Positions 1-10,231 of a DNA stretch of 64,000 nt are shown one piece after another. The stretch lies in contig OZ244905.1 of assembly GCA_965221695.1 (NCBI GenBank), positions 1,728,001 to 1,792,000 on the forward strand. Direction: 5' to 3'. Below the pieces are notes generated by a model. That model did not search any database. It worked only from the letters and a program-made list of their open reading frames with translations, and was not told the origin of the DNA. Both the position numbers and the translations under genes were made by a program. Source of the stretch: Gammaproteobacteria bacterium. GTDB lineage: Bacteria; Pseudomonadota; Gammaproteobacteria; Eutrophobiales; Eutrophobiaceae. Within the stretch, counting starts at the first letter, position 1; every line of letters starts with the position of its first letter.

Positions 1-103
1 CATTCGCTGCCACCGACGAATAACCACGCGCTTCTGTTCTGACCTGTTCACGATTGTCAGACACGGCACACGCCAACCTCTGATAGAGCGTCAGGTCTTT
101 CAT
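1..103 (-). CDS. Possible 5' end of a gene running off the left edge (MKDLTLYQRLACAVSDNREQ...)
   Basis: ATG at 103 on the minus strand with an open frame to position 1, co-oriented with the upstream genes; no recognisable motif. Confidence 0.25.
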   Translation of the reverse strand, partial: MKDLTLYQRLACAVSDNREQVRTEARGYSSVAAN

Positions 104-181
104 ATCACGCCCGTCGGATATTTCCATCGAGAGTGGCAGAACTCTTAGCCAGGACAGCGGGGTGGCGCGTCAAAGGGTTCG

Positions 182-994
182 TTACTCCGACTTTACATCG
201 CTCATTTGCAGGTACACAGCCGAGTCATTGCCTTCAACAAACAGTTTGCTCATCCGGCCGGTTTGTTCAAACCGTTTGATCGCGTCGTAAATTCCAACAA
301 TAGCTTCCCGGATTGAGGCGGTGTTGATCTCATGCACCAGCAGCAGGTGAGGTATTTCATCAGGCCCCACCGACACGACTTCCATGATGCGATACAGCGA
401 GTAGACCTTGACTCCGGTAACGCCGTTGACCGCCGATACGCCTGGTATGTAGACGCTTGCCAACCAATCCAGGAACTGTTGCTGATCTTGCTCATCGGCA
501 CAACAAAGCGCCTTCTGCACATACACATATTGGTTATCCGCAACGTCCTGCTGTTCCGGGCGGTCTCCGGCAATAAGTGCGCGGTAATAATTCGCTTCCG
601 TGACTTTCAGCAGGTTGGTGATACGGCCCAGCGCGACCATCTTGCGCGCCCCCACATACAGGTCGATGATGGTCTTGTCGATATCAGTGGTTTCGATATC
701 GTAAAGCGCCACATAGTTGCCTTCAGCTTTTTGCAGGTCCAACTGCGGGAACTCCGCAACGGCTTGCTGCAACCCGCGGCGGGCGCGCATAAACCCTGGC
801 ACGGCCAGCACATCCGGGATGTCAATATCGTCATACCAGGCATTGAACTCGGCTTCGCGGGCCGGATCCGCGCTGCGGGTCTTGACCATGTAGAGCCAAT
901 GCTCCGACGTGACATCAGCCTCCCCTTGGGCCGGAACAGATATGCCATGGGAGAGGAACAGCGCCAGGCACAGGCAGATGGCAATATTTTTCAT
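182..994 (-). CDS. Exported protein with two EthD/DUF4286-like dimeric alpha-beta barrel domains
   Basis: Signal peptide MKNIAICLCLALFLSHGISVPAQ; motif EAEFNAWYDDIDIPDVLAVPGF..ARR, and a second copy FLDWLASVYIPGVSAVNGV. Confidence 0.6.
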   Translation of the reverse strand: MKNIAICLCLALFLSHGISVPAQGEADVTSEHWLYMVKTRSADPAREAEFNAWYDDIDIPDVLAVPGFMRARRGLQQAVAEFPQLDLQKAEGNYVALYDIETTDIDKTIIDLYVGARKMVALGRITNLLKVTEANYYRALIAGDRPEQQDVADNQYVYVQKALCCADEQDQQQFLDWLASVYIPGVSAVNGVTGVKVYSLYRIMEVVSVGPDEIPHLLLVHEINTASIREAIVGIYDAIKRFEQTGRMSKLFVEGNDSAVYLQMSDVKSE

Positions 995-1042
995 GGGTAT
1001 TCTTTTTGAAAGATTACTGTTCGTTATCCCGATCCCTGCGAT

Positions 1043-2542
1043 TCAACGCTGATAAAACGGTGGTATTTGCGCATCGTAATTGATCCATACGGCCTTGGGC
1101 GTGGTGTAGTCATGCAGACATTCGATGCCCATGTCCCTGCCGTAGCCGGACTCGCCGACACCGCCGAAGGGGGAGGCGGGGTGTACCCGCTTGTAGCAAT
1201 TCACCCAGACCATGCCGGCCCGGATGCCCTCGGAAAACCTGTGCGCCCGTTGCAGATTATTGGTCCACAATCCGCTGCCCAGCCCGTATTCGGTGGCATT
1301 CGCCAGTTCCAGCGCCTCGGAATCATCCCTGAACCGGGTCACTGATACGAACGGGCCGAACACTTCCTCCTTGAAGACCGTAGAGTCCGGCCCGGCCTCG
1401 ACAACGGTTGGTTCAAGATAATATCCTTGTTTGAGTTCATCGTTTTCCGGCTGTTTGCCCCCGGTCACTATGGTATTGCCCTCCTTGCGACAAACATCGA
1501 TATAGCTGAGCACCCGCTCTAGGTGTGTCTTCGAGGTGAGCGGCCCCATCTCGGTGTCCGGGTCCAGCGGATTACCCAACCTGATGGATTGTGCCAAACC
1601 GATGAACTTTTCCAGGAACTCATCGGCGATAGCCTCGTGCAGCAACAGGCGAGAACCGGCGATGCAGGCCTGGCCCTGGTTGTGGAAGATGGCAAATGCC
1701 GATCCGCCAACTGCCGCGGGCAGGGTTGCATCTTCAAAGACGATGTTGGGGCCTTTACCGCCCATCTCCAGCGAGACCCGCTTCAGGTTGCCGGCGGAAG
1801 CCTGCACGATCTTGCGCCCAGTTACCGTGGAGCCGGTAAACGCGATCTTGTCGATGTCCGGGTGTTCTGCAATGTGCTGGCCGGCTGTATGACCGTAGCC
1901 GGGGACGATATTGACGACACCGGGCGGAAAACCCACTTCATTCATCAGGTCAACCAATCGTAGCGTTGACAACGGTGTGATCTCGGACGGTTTCATTACC
2001 ACGGTATTGCCCGCGGCCAGCGCCGGTCCCAGTTTCCAGCTACAGAACATGATAGGGAAGTTCCAGGGAACGATCTGGCCCACCACCCCGACCGGTTTGC
2101 GCTTGACGATGCTCAGAAAGCCCGGCTCGACCGGTACTTCCCGACCGTCTATCTTGTCCGCGATACCACCGAAATAACGCAGGTTGAGCAGCGTGCGCGG
2201 CAAATCCAGACGTCGGGTATCCTTCAGCGGATGGCCGGTGTCCAGGCTCTCCAGTTCGGTGAACTCGTCAAAATGCTGTTCCAACCTGTCCGCCAGTTTC
2301 ATGATGAGCCGGCCCCGGTCCGAGGCAAAGGTATTGCTCCAGTCAGGGAACGCGGCCCGCGCCGCGGCCACCGCCTTGTCCACATCTGCCGGCCCGGCTC
2401 CGGCGATGCGGGTAATCAGGCTACCATCATGGGGGTTGATGACATCAATGAGGCTGCCATCCTCGGCATCGACGAACTCGCCGTTGATGAATAATTGGTT
2501 ACGGATGTCATCCAGCGGATGGGCGGGCGCATTTTCTGGCAT
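1043..2542 (-). CDS. NAD+-dependent aldehyde dehydrogenase, resembling 4-hydroxymuconic semialdehyde dehydrogenase (HapE/PnpE type)
   Basis: PWNFP, FTGST, LEMGGK, catalytic AIFHNQGQACIAGSRL and EEVFGP motifs; TGHP..D...LD.PRT and NCYKRVHPASPFGG are typical of the HapE/PnpE group (recalled, not searched). Confidence 0.85.
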   Translation of the reverse strand: MPENAPAHPLDDIRNQLFINGEFVDAEDGSLIDVINPHDGSLITRIAGAGPADVDKAVAAARAAFPDWSNTFASDRGRLIMKLADRLEQHFDEFTELESLDTGHPLKDTRRLDLPRTLLNLRYFGGIADKIDGREVPVEPGFLSIVKRKPVGVVGQIVPWNFPIMFCSWKLGPALAAGNTVVMKPSEITPLSTLRLVDLMNEVGFPPGVVNIVPGYGHTAGQHIAEHPDIDKIAFTGSTVTGRKIVQASAGNLKRVSLEMGGKGPNIVFEDATLPAAVGGSAFAIFHNQGQACIAGSRLLLHEAIADEFLEKFIGLAQSIRLGNPLDPDTEMGPLTSKTHLERVLSYIDVCRKEGNTIVTGGKQPENDELKQGYYLEPTVVEAGPDSTVFKEEVFGPFVSVTRFRDDSEALELANATEYGLGSGLWTNNLQRAHRFSEGIRAGMVWVNCYKRVHPASPFGGVGESGYGRDMGIECLHDYTTPKAVWINYDAQIPPFYQR

Positions 2543-2588
2543 GATTGAATTCCTTGCCTGTTGGCATAATTCGTATTGATAGATTACA

Positions 2589-2739
2589 GGAACATCTGAT
2601 TATGTCAGATGTTCCTACGATACAAGGATGTATCGGCAAAATCAATGACTGTAAGGCATTGTTTTTATGGGGAAAACAAAAATCACATTTTTGTTTTCCG
2701 TACTCTGACAAGTCCAGGATGGACTTGTTCAGAGTTTCC
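2589..2739. mobile_element. 151-bp MITE-like multi-hairpin element, copy A
   Basis: Ends GGAACATCTGA...TCAGAGTTTCC; near-identical to 25202-25352 and 46631-46781; flanks TACA/TATA; five internal hairpins. Confidence 0.85.
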
Positions 2740-2750
2740 TATATGATACG

Positions 2751-2776
2751 GGATGCCCTGATTTATCAGAGCTTCC
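2751..2776. repeat. Degenerate short palindrome of the same family (GGATGCCCTGA-ttta-TCAGAGCTTCC)
   Basis: Right arm matches the family consensus; left arm is degenerate. Confidence 0.55.
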
Positions 2777-2817
2777 TGAATTTTACGTTCGCTGACTACC
2801 TGCATCGGAGAAAAAAA

Positions 2818-4656
2818 ATGGACCAGGCGCTGGAGATTCTGCGCGCTACTTTTGGATATCGGGACTTTCGCGGCGAGCAACAGCCTATCATCAACCATAT
2901 CATCGCAGGCAACGATGCCTTGGTACTGATGCCGACCGGCGGTGGTAAGTCACTGTGCTACCAGATTCCTGCGATGATCCGTCCCGGCACGGCCATCATC
3001 ATTTCGCCTCTGATTGCCCTGATGCAGGATCAGGTCGGCGCGTTGTTGCAGTTCGGGGTAAGGGCTGCCTACCTCAATTCGACCCTGCCGATACAAACGG
3101 CCCAGGAAACGGAACAGGCGCTGCTGAGTAATGATATAGACCTGCTTTATATTGCGCCGGAACGCTTGCTCCAGGAACGTACCCTGACATTGTTGGAACG
3201 GACACAGCTTGCCCTGTTTGCGATTGACGAGGCGCATTGCGTCTCCCAATGGGGGCATGATTTTCGCAAAGACTACCTGGCGCTGGAACAATTACACCAG
3301 CGCTTTCCGGCAACGCCCCGCATCGCCCTGACCGCGACCGCGGATGAACGGACCCGGCATGAAATTCGGGAACGCCTGGGACTGAAACAGGCAAAAGTGT
3401 TTATCAGCGGGTTTAACCGCCCGAATATCCAGTACCGGATTACGGCCAAGCTGCAAGAACGCAAGCAACTACTGAGTTTCCTGGAGACGGAGCACAAAGG
3501 AGATGCCGGGATCGTCTATTGCCTGTCCCGAAAAAAGACCGAAGCCATTGCTGAATGGTTAAGCCAGCAGGGACGCACAGCCCTGCCCTACCATGCAGGA
3601 CTTGGAACGACCACACGCTCCCGGCACCAGCAACGCTTCCTGCAGGAAGAAGGGGTCATTATCGTCGCCACGATCGCCTTCGGTATGGGTATCGACAAAC
3701 CGGATGTGCGTTTTGTTGCCCACCTGGACCTGCCCAAGAGTATTGAGGCCTATTACCAGGAAACCGGGCGCGCAGGACGGGATGGCAGCGCCGCCGATGC
3801 CTGGATGGTGTATGGGCTGGAAGACGTGGTAAAACTGCGACAAATGCTGGAAATGTCAGATGCGGATGAAAGCCACAAACGGATTGAGAGATATAAACTG
3901 GATTCCATGCTGGGGCTGTGCGAGCTCACCAGTTGCCGGCGTCATGCGTTGTTGCAGTACTTTGGAGAAGAGTCGCCATCCCGTTGTGAAAATTGCGATA
4001 CCTGTCTGCGCCCGGTCGAAACCTGGGACGGCACAACCGCGGCCCGCAAAGCCTTGTCCTGTGTTTACCGCAGCGGCCAGCGTTTTGGCGCCAGGCACCT
4101 CATCGACATACTGCTGGGAAAAGAAAACGACAAAGTGAGAAAGTTTCACCATCAACGGCTGAGCACCTTTGGTATTGGCGAAGAACTGAGCATAGAGCAG
4201 TGGCGCTCCGTGTTCAGACAACTGATTGCGCGGCGTTTTCTGACTGTGGATATGAAAGGTTTTGGTTCCCTGCAACTGACCGAGCTGAGCAGACCGTTAT
4301 TGCAGGGCGAGACGGAAGTTCACTTCCGCAAAGATGAGAAGGTTAAATCAACGCCGCGAAAACAACGTAAATCGCTTGGAGAAGCCGGCGACGCAGCGCT
4401 ACTGGAAAAACTCAAGGCGCATCGGAAGCAGTTGGCTGTGGAGCAGAGCCTGCCGCCTTATGTGATCTTCCATGATACAACCCTGGTCGAAATGGCGCTG
4501 AGTCTGCCTTCCAACCCGGATGAATTGTTACAGGTCAGCGGAGTGGGTGAGCACAAGCTGAAGAAATACGGTGACAGCTTTCTCGCAGTCATTGTATCGC
4601 ACCGGGATGGGCTGTCTGACAAACAAAATGAAGTGAACAGGTCCCGCCAGAGCTAA
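2818..4656 (+). CDS. recQ: ATP-dependent DNA helicase RecQ
   Basis: [35 protein letters not shown], Zn-binding [10 protein letters not shown], and RQC and HRDC domains. Start set at ATG 2818 (GGAG upstream); the longer ORF is read-through of the MITE. Confidence 0.97.
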   Translation: MDQALEILRATFGYRDFRGEQQPIINHIIAGNDALVLMPTGGGKSLCYQIPAMIRPGTAIIISPLIALMQDQVGALLQFGVRAAYLNSTLPIQTAQETEQALLSNDIDLLYIAPERLLQERTLTLLERTQLALFAIDEAHCVSQWGHDFRKDYLALEQLHQRFPATPRIALTATADERTRHEIRERLGLKQAKVFISGFNRPNIQYRITAKLQERKQLLSFLETEHKGDAGIVYCLSRKKTEAIAEWLSQQGRTALPYHAGLGTTTRSRHQQRFLQEEGVIIVATIAFGMGIDKPDVRFVAHLDLPKSIEAYYQETGRAGRDGSAADAWMVYGLEDVVKLRQMLEMSDADESHKRIERYKLDSMLGLCELTSCRRHALLQYFGEESPSRCENCDTCLRPVETWDGTTAARKALSCVYRSGQRFGARHLIDILLGKENDKVRKFHHQRLSTFGIGEELSIEQWRSVFRQLIARRFLTVDMKGFGSLQLTELSRPLLQGETEVHFRKDEKVKSTPRKQRKSLGEAGDAALLEKLKAHRKQLAVEQSLPPYVIFHDTTLVEMALSLPSNPDELLQVSGVGEHKLKKYGDSFLAVIVSHRDGLSDKQNEVNRSRQS

Positions 4657-4895
4657 CCCGAAAATCTCACCAATACACTTGTTAGCATTAGATAGATGTT
4701 TGCTGTCAATGAGTTATGATAATCTGCCGAGTATGTTGCCATTACACACTGCGCTTGATGCGCCCTCGCTGGTCTTTTTTGCGTTAGCGGGCACATGCTC
4801 CCTCAACCAGAAGAACCACTATGCTTTCGGTCGCGAGCACCCGCTAACGCAAAAAATCCTCAGCGATCATCGCATCAATTGGTGAGATTTTCGGG
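4657..4895. mobile_element. 239-bp MITE with perfect 18-bp terminal inverted repeats and CTAA target duplication
   Basis: CCCGAAAATCTCACCAAT (4657-4674) / ATTGGTGAGATTTTCGGG (4878-4895); CTAA at 4653-4656 and 4896-4899; long internal hairpin 4755-4878. Confidence 0.85.
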
Positions 4896-5450
4896 CTAAA
4901 AGAAAAAGCCGATCCCTCCACCAAGCATGGTAGTTTCGTCCAGGAGAATTTCCCGCTTGACGATCTCCCAACCGAGTGAGTTCGTCGCGCGCCGCAACAC
5001 ATCTATCTTTTCACCGCTGTAGATATCCTTGAAACGCGTATGCCGCAAGCGGGTTACGATAAAGTACGAGCGTACCCGGTAGGTATCTGCCGCATCCAAT
5101 GGCTCGATCTGCACATTGCTCACGTGATGTCGCAGCATGGAATGGGGTCGCTCGATATGGTCCCGGCCGGTGAGCAATTTGCGCACCCGAAGGCCCATGC
5201 GTTCCTTGTCATCATCAAAATTGGAGCCGCCGAATCCGGCGCTGAAACCCTCGCGCACCTGCTCCTCATAGACGAAGCTGCGCGCAGGCATGTAGTAGTG
5301 TATTTCGTCTGCCAGCAATTCATACCATTGCTCGAACTCGCGGTTGTCGAGCAGGCGCGCCTCGGCATACAGGAATTGCTCGACCTCCCATTGCAGTTCC
5401 GGCGTTACGCTAACAGGAGTATGGACAGGGACTGGTTGCGGATTATTCAT
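4896..5450 (-). CDS. Aromatic ring-hydroxylating dioxygenase beta subunit
   Basis: EVEQFLYAEARLLDNREF..W, H.VSNV, and W.IVKREILLD motifs; directly downstream of the alpha subunit. Confidence 0.92.
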   Translation of the reverse strand: MNNPQPVPVHTPVSVTPELQWEVEQFLYAEARLLDNREFEQWYELLADEIHYYMPARSFVYEEQVREGFSAGFGGSNFDDDKERMGLRVRKLLTGRDHIERPHSMLRHHVSNVQIEPLDAADTYRVRSYFIVTRLRHTRFKDIYSGEKIDVLRRATNSLGWEIVKREILLDETTMLGGGIGFFF

Positions 5451-5482
5451 AAGCGGCTCTCCCGGATAATCTGTTCATATTG

Positions 5483-6817
5483 TCAGTCGGCTAACAACTC
5501 GAGCCAACGCCGGTAAAATCCGCGCAGCGCATACTCGGAATACACGTAGGAAATGTCGCCCGGACCTTCAAAATCGCCCGGATCCACCTGCTCGCCCATC
5601 TGGATATTGAGTTGTGTGCGCGCCGCGACATGGCCCCTGACACCGAGTTGCGCCATTGCCGTGTTCTCGGTGTCGTCCTGCTCCAGGCATCCAGCCACCG
5701 AAAACACCCGGGCCATGGACTTCTGCCAGGCATCTTTGATCTCATCCGGCCAGGCCTTGTCGACAAACAGGTAATTCCATACCTCTGTTTCATCCGGCCC
5801 CCGAGGCTGCCAAAGACGCATATAACCCTGGCCGCGGTTGAAGGTCAGGTTGGGAAAAATATTGGTATGTATGACCGCCATTTTGTCAGTACGGGTATCG
5901 CCCAGGCGATCACGCATGTTCGGCCAGGAGACACCTACCATGTACTCGAACACTTCCTTGGGATGGGTCTGCAACGCCATACCCAGTTCCGCCTCATTGG
6001 GATAGGTCATCCAGCCCGCCCCGTGACCAAGTTTGGGCGACGAATATTGCAGACCGTACTCGGGCTCACCGATCGGCTTCAGCCGGTTAATGTTCGCTTG
6101 CGGAAAATGGACGGAAGAATATGACACATGCGAGACCTGTGCATGGTAAAAATCACTGGCGTGCTGCTCCGCGCCCCACTTCCAGTTACCGCGCAATGTC
6201 CACTTCTGCAAACCAATCAGTTCAATGCCGCCCTCGTCACGGTCCAGTATCGAATCCAGGTACCAGGTGGACTCGCCCAGGTAATCCGTCAACGATGGCG
6301 CGTTCCCGTCCCAGGTAGCGAATATCAGGCCCCGGTAAGTGTCCACCTTGGCAACCTTGTTCAACCCCCACTCCGCCTGCTTGAAATGCTTCTTGGGTTG
6401 TTCCTTGTGGGGCATGCCCAGCAGGCTGCCATCAGTGCCGTAGCACCAGCCGTGGTATGAGCAGGTGAACGACGGCGCATTGCCGTAGTCTCCCCGGCAC
6501 AGCCGCAAACCGCGATGCCGGCATTGGTTCAGCATGACGTGAATCGTATTATCGCGGTGGCGGGTGACGATGACCGGGTCTTCGCCAATGGTCGTGGTGA
6601 AATAATCACCCGGCTTGGGAATCTGGCTATCATGCCCCACACAGATCCAGCACCGGGCAAAAATCCGCTCAAGTTCGCGCCGATACACTGTTTCATCGGT
6701 GTAACAACGGGAATCCTGCGTGCCCGTTTCCGGATCAACCAGGTGAATGATGTGTTCCGGGGACCACTTGTCTTCAAGAGTTTCCCAGCGATTGAAATAT
6801 TCAGGTTGTGCGGCCAT
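5483..6817 (-). CDS. Aromatic ring-hydroxylating dioxygenase alpha subunit (BphA/HcaE-like)
   Basis: Rieske motif CRHRG...CSYHGW; mononuclear iron motif NWK...EQ..SDFYH....H; EQDD. Confidence 0.93.
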   Translation of the reverse strand: MAAQPEYFNRWETLEDKWSPEHIIHLVDPETGTQDSRCYTDETVYRRELERIFARCWICVGHDSQIPKPGDYFTTTIGEDPVIVTRHRDNTIHVMLNQCRHRGLRLCRGDYGNAPSFTCSYHGWCYGTDGSLLGMPHKEQPKKHFKQAEWGLNKVAKVDTYRGLIFATWDGNAPSLTDYLGESTWYLDSILDRDEGGIELIGLQKWTLRGNWKWGAEQHASDFYHAQVSHVSYSSVHFPQANINRLKPIGEPEYGLQYSSPKLGHGAGWMTYPNEAELGMALQTHPKEVFEYMVGVSWPNMRDRLGDTRTDKMAVIHTNIFPNLTFNRGQGYMRLWQPRGPDETEVWNYLFVDKAWPDEIKDAWQKSMARVFSVAGCLEQDDTENTAMAQLGVRGHVAARTQLNIQMGEQVDPGDFEGPGDISYVYSEYALRGFYRRWLELLAD

Positions 6818-7008
6818 GGCAATTACCTTCTATCACAGGTTGACGATATGTAACACTTTACTGGTTACAATACAGAATTCAGAGCAGTAAAAAATATTAA
6901 CCAAAAATTGTTACAAGCTCTGGTTCAAGCGTACTATATTATAATTTGACAGTCTGTCCTTGGCAGTTGGTTTTCATACTATTCGGGACTATATTACATA
7001 ATAGTTAA

Positions 7009-7035
7009 GGAAACTCTGATTAAGTCAGAGGTTGC
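7009..7035. mobile_element. 27-bp ends-only palindromic element with TTAA duplication
   Basis: ttaa|GGAAACTCTGA-ttaag-TCAGAGGTTGC|ttaa. Confidence 0.75.
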
Positions 7036-7046
7036 TTAAATCGAAA

Positions 7047-8765
7047 ATGAAACAAATTTCCATCGTGTTTTGCAGCGTCCTGCTGCTATCCGGATGCGGC
7101 CAATCCGATATCTCTCCTCCACTGGTCGACGGACCCAATCCTTTTGCCGGTACTGACCTGGCCGGAGCGCCCAATATCCTGCTGATTGTTGCCGACGACC
7201 TGGGCTACAGTGATGTCGGCGCCTTCGGTGGCGAGGTCGACACGCCGAACATCAATGCGCTGGCCCGTTCCGGGATCGCTTTTACCAATTTTCATACCGC
7301 CTCAACCTGCGCGCCGACACGGGCCATGCTGTTGAGTGGCGTGGACAACCACCTTGCGGGGTACGGATCGATGCATTTCCTCGCCCCGAACCAACTGGGC
7401 AAACCGGGTTACGAGGACCGCATGAACGAACAGGTGGTCAGCGTCGCCAGGTTGCTGGGAGATGCCGGTTACCGAACCGGCATGGCGGGTAAATGGCATC
7501 TTGGCAACAAGCCGGGACAATGGCCGGTGGACCGCGGCTTTCAGCGCAGTTTTGCATTCGTCGGCGGCATGGACAGACATTTTGGGGGGCACGGTATTCC
7601 GCGGGTGCAATATGTGTCCGACGCCGGCAAGGCTGAAATACCCGATGATTTCTTTTCCACCGATTATTACACGGACCGCCTGATTGAGTTTATCGGCGGG
7701 TCAGATGAGGCCAGTCCGTTCTTCGCGTATGCCGCCTACAGCGCGCCGCACTGGCCGTTGCAGGCGCCTGACGAGTTTATCGAAAAATATGATGGTAACT
7801 ATGACCAGGGCTGGGACAGGTTACGCCGCACACGATTTGAACGCATGCAGGCAATGGGGCTCATCCCCGCGCAGGTGCGTTTCCCACCGCGTCTTGATGA
7901 GGCGCCGGCCTGGGATGATCTCTCCACAGAAGAACAGCGTATCGAAGCCAGGGAAATGGCCGTCTACGCAGCCATGATCGACAATATGGATGTGAACATC
8001 GGGCGCCTGGTTACGCATCTGAAATCCATCGGCAAATACGACAACACCTTGATTATCTTCATGTCGGACAACGGGGCCGATGCCTTCGACCCGTGGATCC
8101 TGCAAGGCCCGATGTTCAGATTGATGACCCTGGGCGCGGACAACAGTCTCGATAACCTGGGCCGGAAAGGCTCCTGGGTGGCATACGGCGCGGGCTGGGC
8201 ACAGGTCAGCGCAACGCCATATAAATTCTACAAATCGGTCGCGAGTGAGGGTGGGATTCGCGCGCCGATGATCATTTCCTACCCGCAGCATTTCAGCAGC
8301 GGCCTGCTAAGCAGCGCATTCACCTCCGTGATGGACATCACGCCCACATTACTGGAAGTTACAGGGATAGAACACCCTGGCAATCACTACCGGGGGCGGG
8401 ACGTTCACCCACCGGACGGCCTCTCGCTGCTACCGGTCCTGAATGGCGCGTCACCCTCCGTACATGACGATAATGAAGGTATCGGTTTTGAGTTGTACGG
8501 CCAGCGCGCCCTGATCGCCGGCGACTGGAAGATAGTAAGTTTGCGCCCGCCGCACGGCAACGCTGAATGGGAGTTGTTCAACATCAGGCAGGACCCGGCA
8601 GAGATGACGAACCTGGCATCCGTGGAACCGGAACGCCTGCAATCCATGATCGATATGTACGAATCCTACAGCCGTGAAAAAGGCATCATCGACCCGCCGC
8701 CGGATTTTGATCCGCTGGACGGCAGCCTGAGGACACTGTTTAAGATGATGCGGGCAATGCGCTGA
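7047..8765 (+). CDS. Arylsulfatase (AtsA-like, Cys-type), lipoprotein
   Basis: Lipobox LLLSGC; PNILLIVADDLG, CAPTR formylglycine motif, GKWHLG, APHWP, SDNG. Confidence 0.92.
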   Translation: MKQISIVFCSVLLLSGCGQSDISPPLVDGPNPFAGTDLAGAPNILLIVADDLGYSDVGAFGGEVDTPNINALARSGIAFTNFHTASTCAPTRAMLLSGVDNHLAGYGSMHFLAPNQLGKPGYEDRMNEQVVSVARLLGDAGYRTGMAGKWHLGNKPGQWPVDRGFQRSFAFVGGMDRHFGGHGIPRVQYVSDAGKAEIPDDFFSTDYYTDRLIEFIGGSDEASPFFAYAAYSAPHWPLQAPDEFIEKYDGNYDQGWDRLRRTRFERMQAMGLIPAQVRFPPRLDEAPAWDDLSTEEQRIEAREMAVYAAMIDNMDVNIGRLVTHLKSIGKYDNTLIIFMSDNGADAFDPWILQGPMFRLMTLGADNSLDNLGRKGSWVAYGAGWAQVSATPYKFYKSVASEGGIRAPMIISYPQHFSSGLLSSAFTSVMDITPTLLEVTGIEHPGNHYRGRDVHPPDGLSLLPVLNGASPSVHDDNEGIGFELYGQRALIAGDWKIVSLRPPHGNAEWELFNIRQDPAEMTNLASVEPERLQSMIDMYESYSREKGIIDPPPDFDPLDGSLRTLFKMMRAMR

Positions 8766-8793
8766 GTTCTTCCCTGGTACGTATTTTCCAGGT

Positions 8794-10212
8794 TCAGCGC
8801 AAAAACACTGCTCTTAATGCCTTAAAGAGCAGATCCCGATATTTCAGAATCAGGCGGTTCTTCGGAAGCCAAGTTGGTGAATGCAGGACGGTTTTGGCTT
8901 TTGAAAAGGTCAAAAATCCCTCATGGCCGTGATAATGCCCAATGCCGGAATTCCCGATGCCGCCAAAGGGGGCGTCATCTGCCATCACATGCATCGCGGT
9001 ATCATTGATGGATACGCCGCCACTATGCGTGTGTTTCAGGATGTGATCTATGACACGGCGATTATTGGACATGATGTACAGAGCCAATGGGCGCGGGCGG
9101 TCATTGATATAAGAAATTACCTGATCAAGATTCTTGTAAACCATTACCGGCAAGATCGAACCAAAGATTTCTTCCTGCAAAACCTTCATCTCCTCAGTCA
9201 CATTGGTAATCAGATGCGGATAGATTAAACGCCCATCACTTTCCTGGTAGTCTTTGACCGCATCAATCTTTGCGCCTTTATTTTCGGCATCTTCCAAAAA
9301 CCCTCTAAGGCGTTCAAACTGTCTGTCAGATACAATATGCGTTTGAGTGTTTTTGTTCCCTCCGGACAGGTGATACTCGGCATATCGCTGCTTAAACGTA
9401 TCCACAAATTCCTGTTCTCTGGTTTGCGGCACAAAAATATAATCCGGCGCAACACAAATTTGCCCTGAATTGGTGGACTTTCCGAGGATTACGGCATCCA
9501 CCGCGATGTTCATGTTGGCATCTTCGGCAATAATCGTTGGAGATTTACCACCCATTTCCAAAGTAACCGGAGTGAGATTATCCGCCGCAGCTTTTGCCAC
9601 AAGTTTACCGACAACAGTTGAGCCTGTGAAAATCAAATGATCAAAGGGGAGCGCAGAAAATGCGGCGCCGGTTTCCGCCTCACCTTCAACAATGATGACG
9701 TGGTCTGAAACATCGTCAACAATCTTGCGCATCACTTGGCCGGCATGGGGGGTGAACTCGCTTAATTTGATCATCACGCGATTTCCTGCTGCGAGCGCTT
9801 GGATAGTCGGGCTGAGCGCAAGAAAAAACGGGAAGTTCCAAGGTGTAATCACTCCCACCACACCCAAAGGCTGGTAATGCACGGTAACGCTTGAAGGTGT
9901 CAGCATCAATCCTGCATGGCGCCTGGAAGGTTTCATCCATTTTTTAAGATGTTTCAGCGCGTAATTCAGCGACATCACACTAGGCAACAGATCCGAAATC
10001 AGGGAATCAAATTCACTGCGATAGCCGTAATCCTGTATCAACGCAGCATACATGGCCTGCTCATTGGCAATCAGGGATTTTTTCAGACGCAACAGAACGT
10101 CTTTACGATCTTTATAACTGGGATATGGCGCGTTGTTAAACGCGGCCTTCATTGCCTCAAAGTCAGCCTGCAACTGTGCTTTGGTGGTAGTTTCTTCTGT
10201 ATATCTCTTCAC
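8794..10212 (-). CDS. Coniferyl-aldehyde-dehydrogenase-like ALDH (class 3-like)
   Basis: YQPLGVVGVITPWNFP, FTGST, LEMGGKSP, NSGQICVAPDY, EEIFG. Confidence 0.88.
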   Translation of the reverse strand: MKRYTEETTTKAQLQADFEAMKAAFNNAPYPSYKDRKDVLLRLKKSLIANEQAMYAALIQDYGYRSEFDSLISDLLPSVMSLNYALKHLKKWMKPSRRHAGLMLTPSSVTVHYQPLGVVGVITPWNFPFFLALSPTIQALAAGNRVMIKLSEFTPHAGQVMRKIVDDVSDHVIIVEGEAETGAAFSALPFDHLIFTGSTVVGKLVAKAAADNLTPVTLEMGGKSPTIIAEDANMNIAVDAVILGKSTNSGQICVAPDYIFVPQTREQEFVDTFKQRYAEYHLSGGNKNTQTHIVSDRQFERLRGFLEDAENKGAKIDAVKDYQESDGRLIYPHLITNVTEEMKVLQEEIFGSILPVMVYKNLDQVISYINDRPRPLALYIMSNNRRVIDHILKHTHSGGVSINDTAMHVMADDAPFGGIGNSGIGHYHGHEGFLTFSKAKTVLHSPTWLPKNRLILKYRDLLFKALRAVFLR

Positions 10213-10231
10213 GGGTTTGCTCGCTCATAAA

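Noticed and set aside
2545-2817. N-terminal extension of RecQ and ORFs 2508-2711 and 46523-46897
   Set aside because: These frames are translations of the 151-bp MITE; the same peptide appears at two loci.
10212-10228. Out-of-frame ATG upstream of the coniferyl-aldehyde-dehydrogenase-like gene, suggesting a frameshift
   Set aside because: The GTG-started ORF already has full family length and all motifs.
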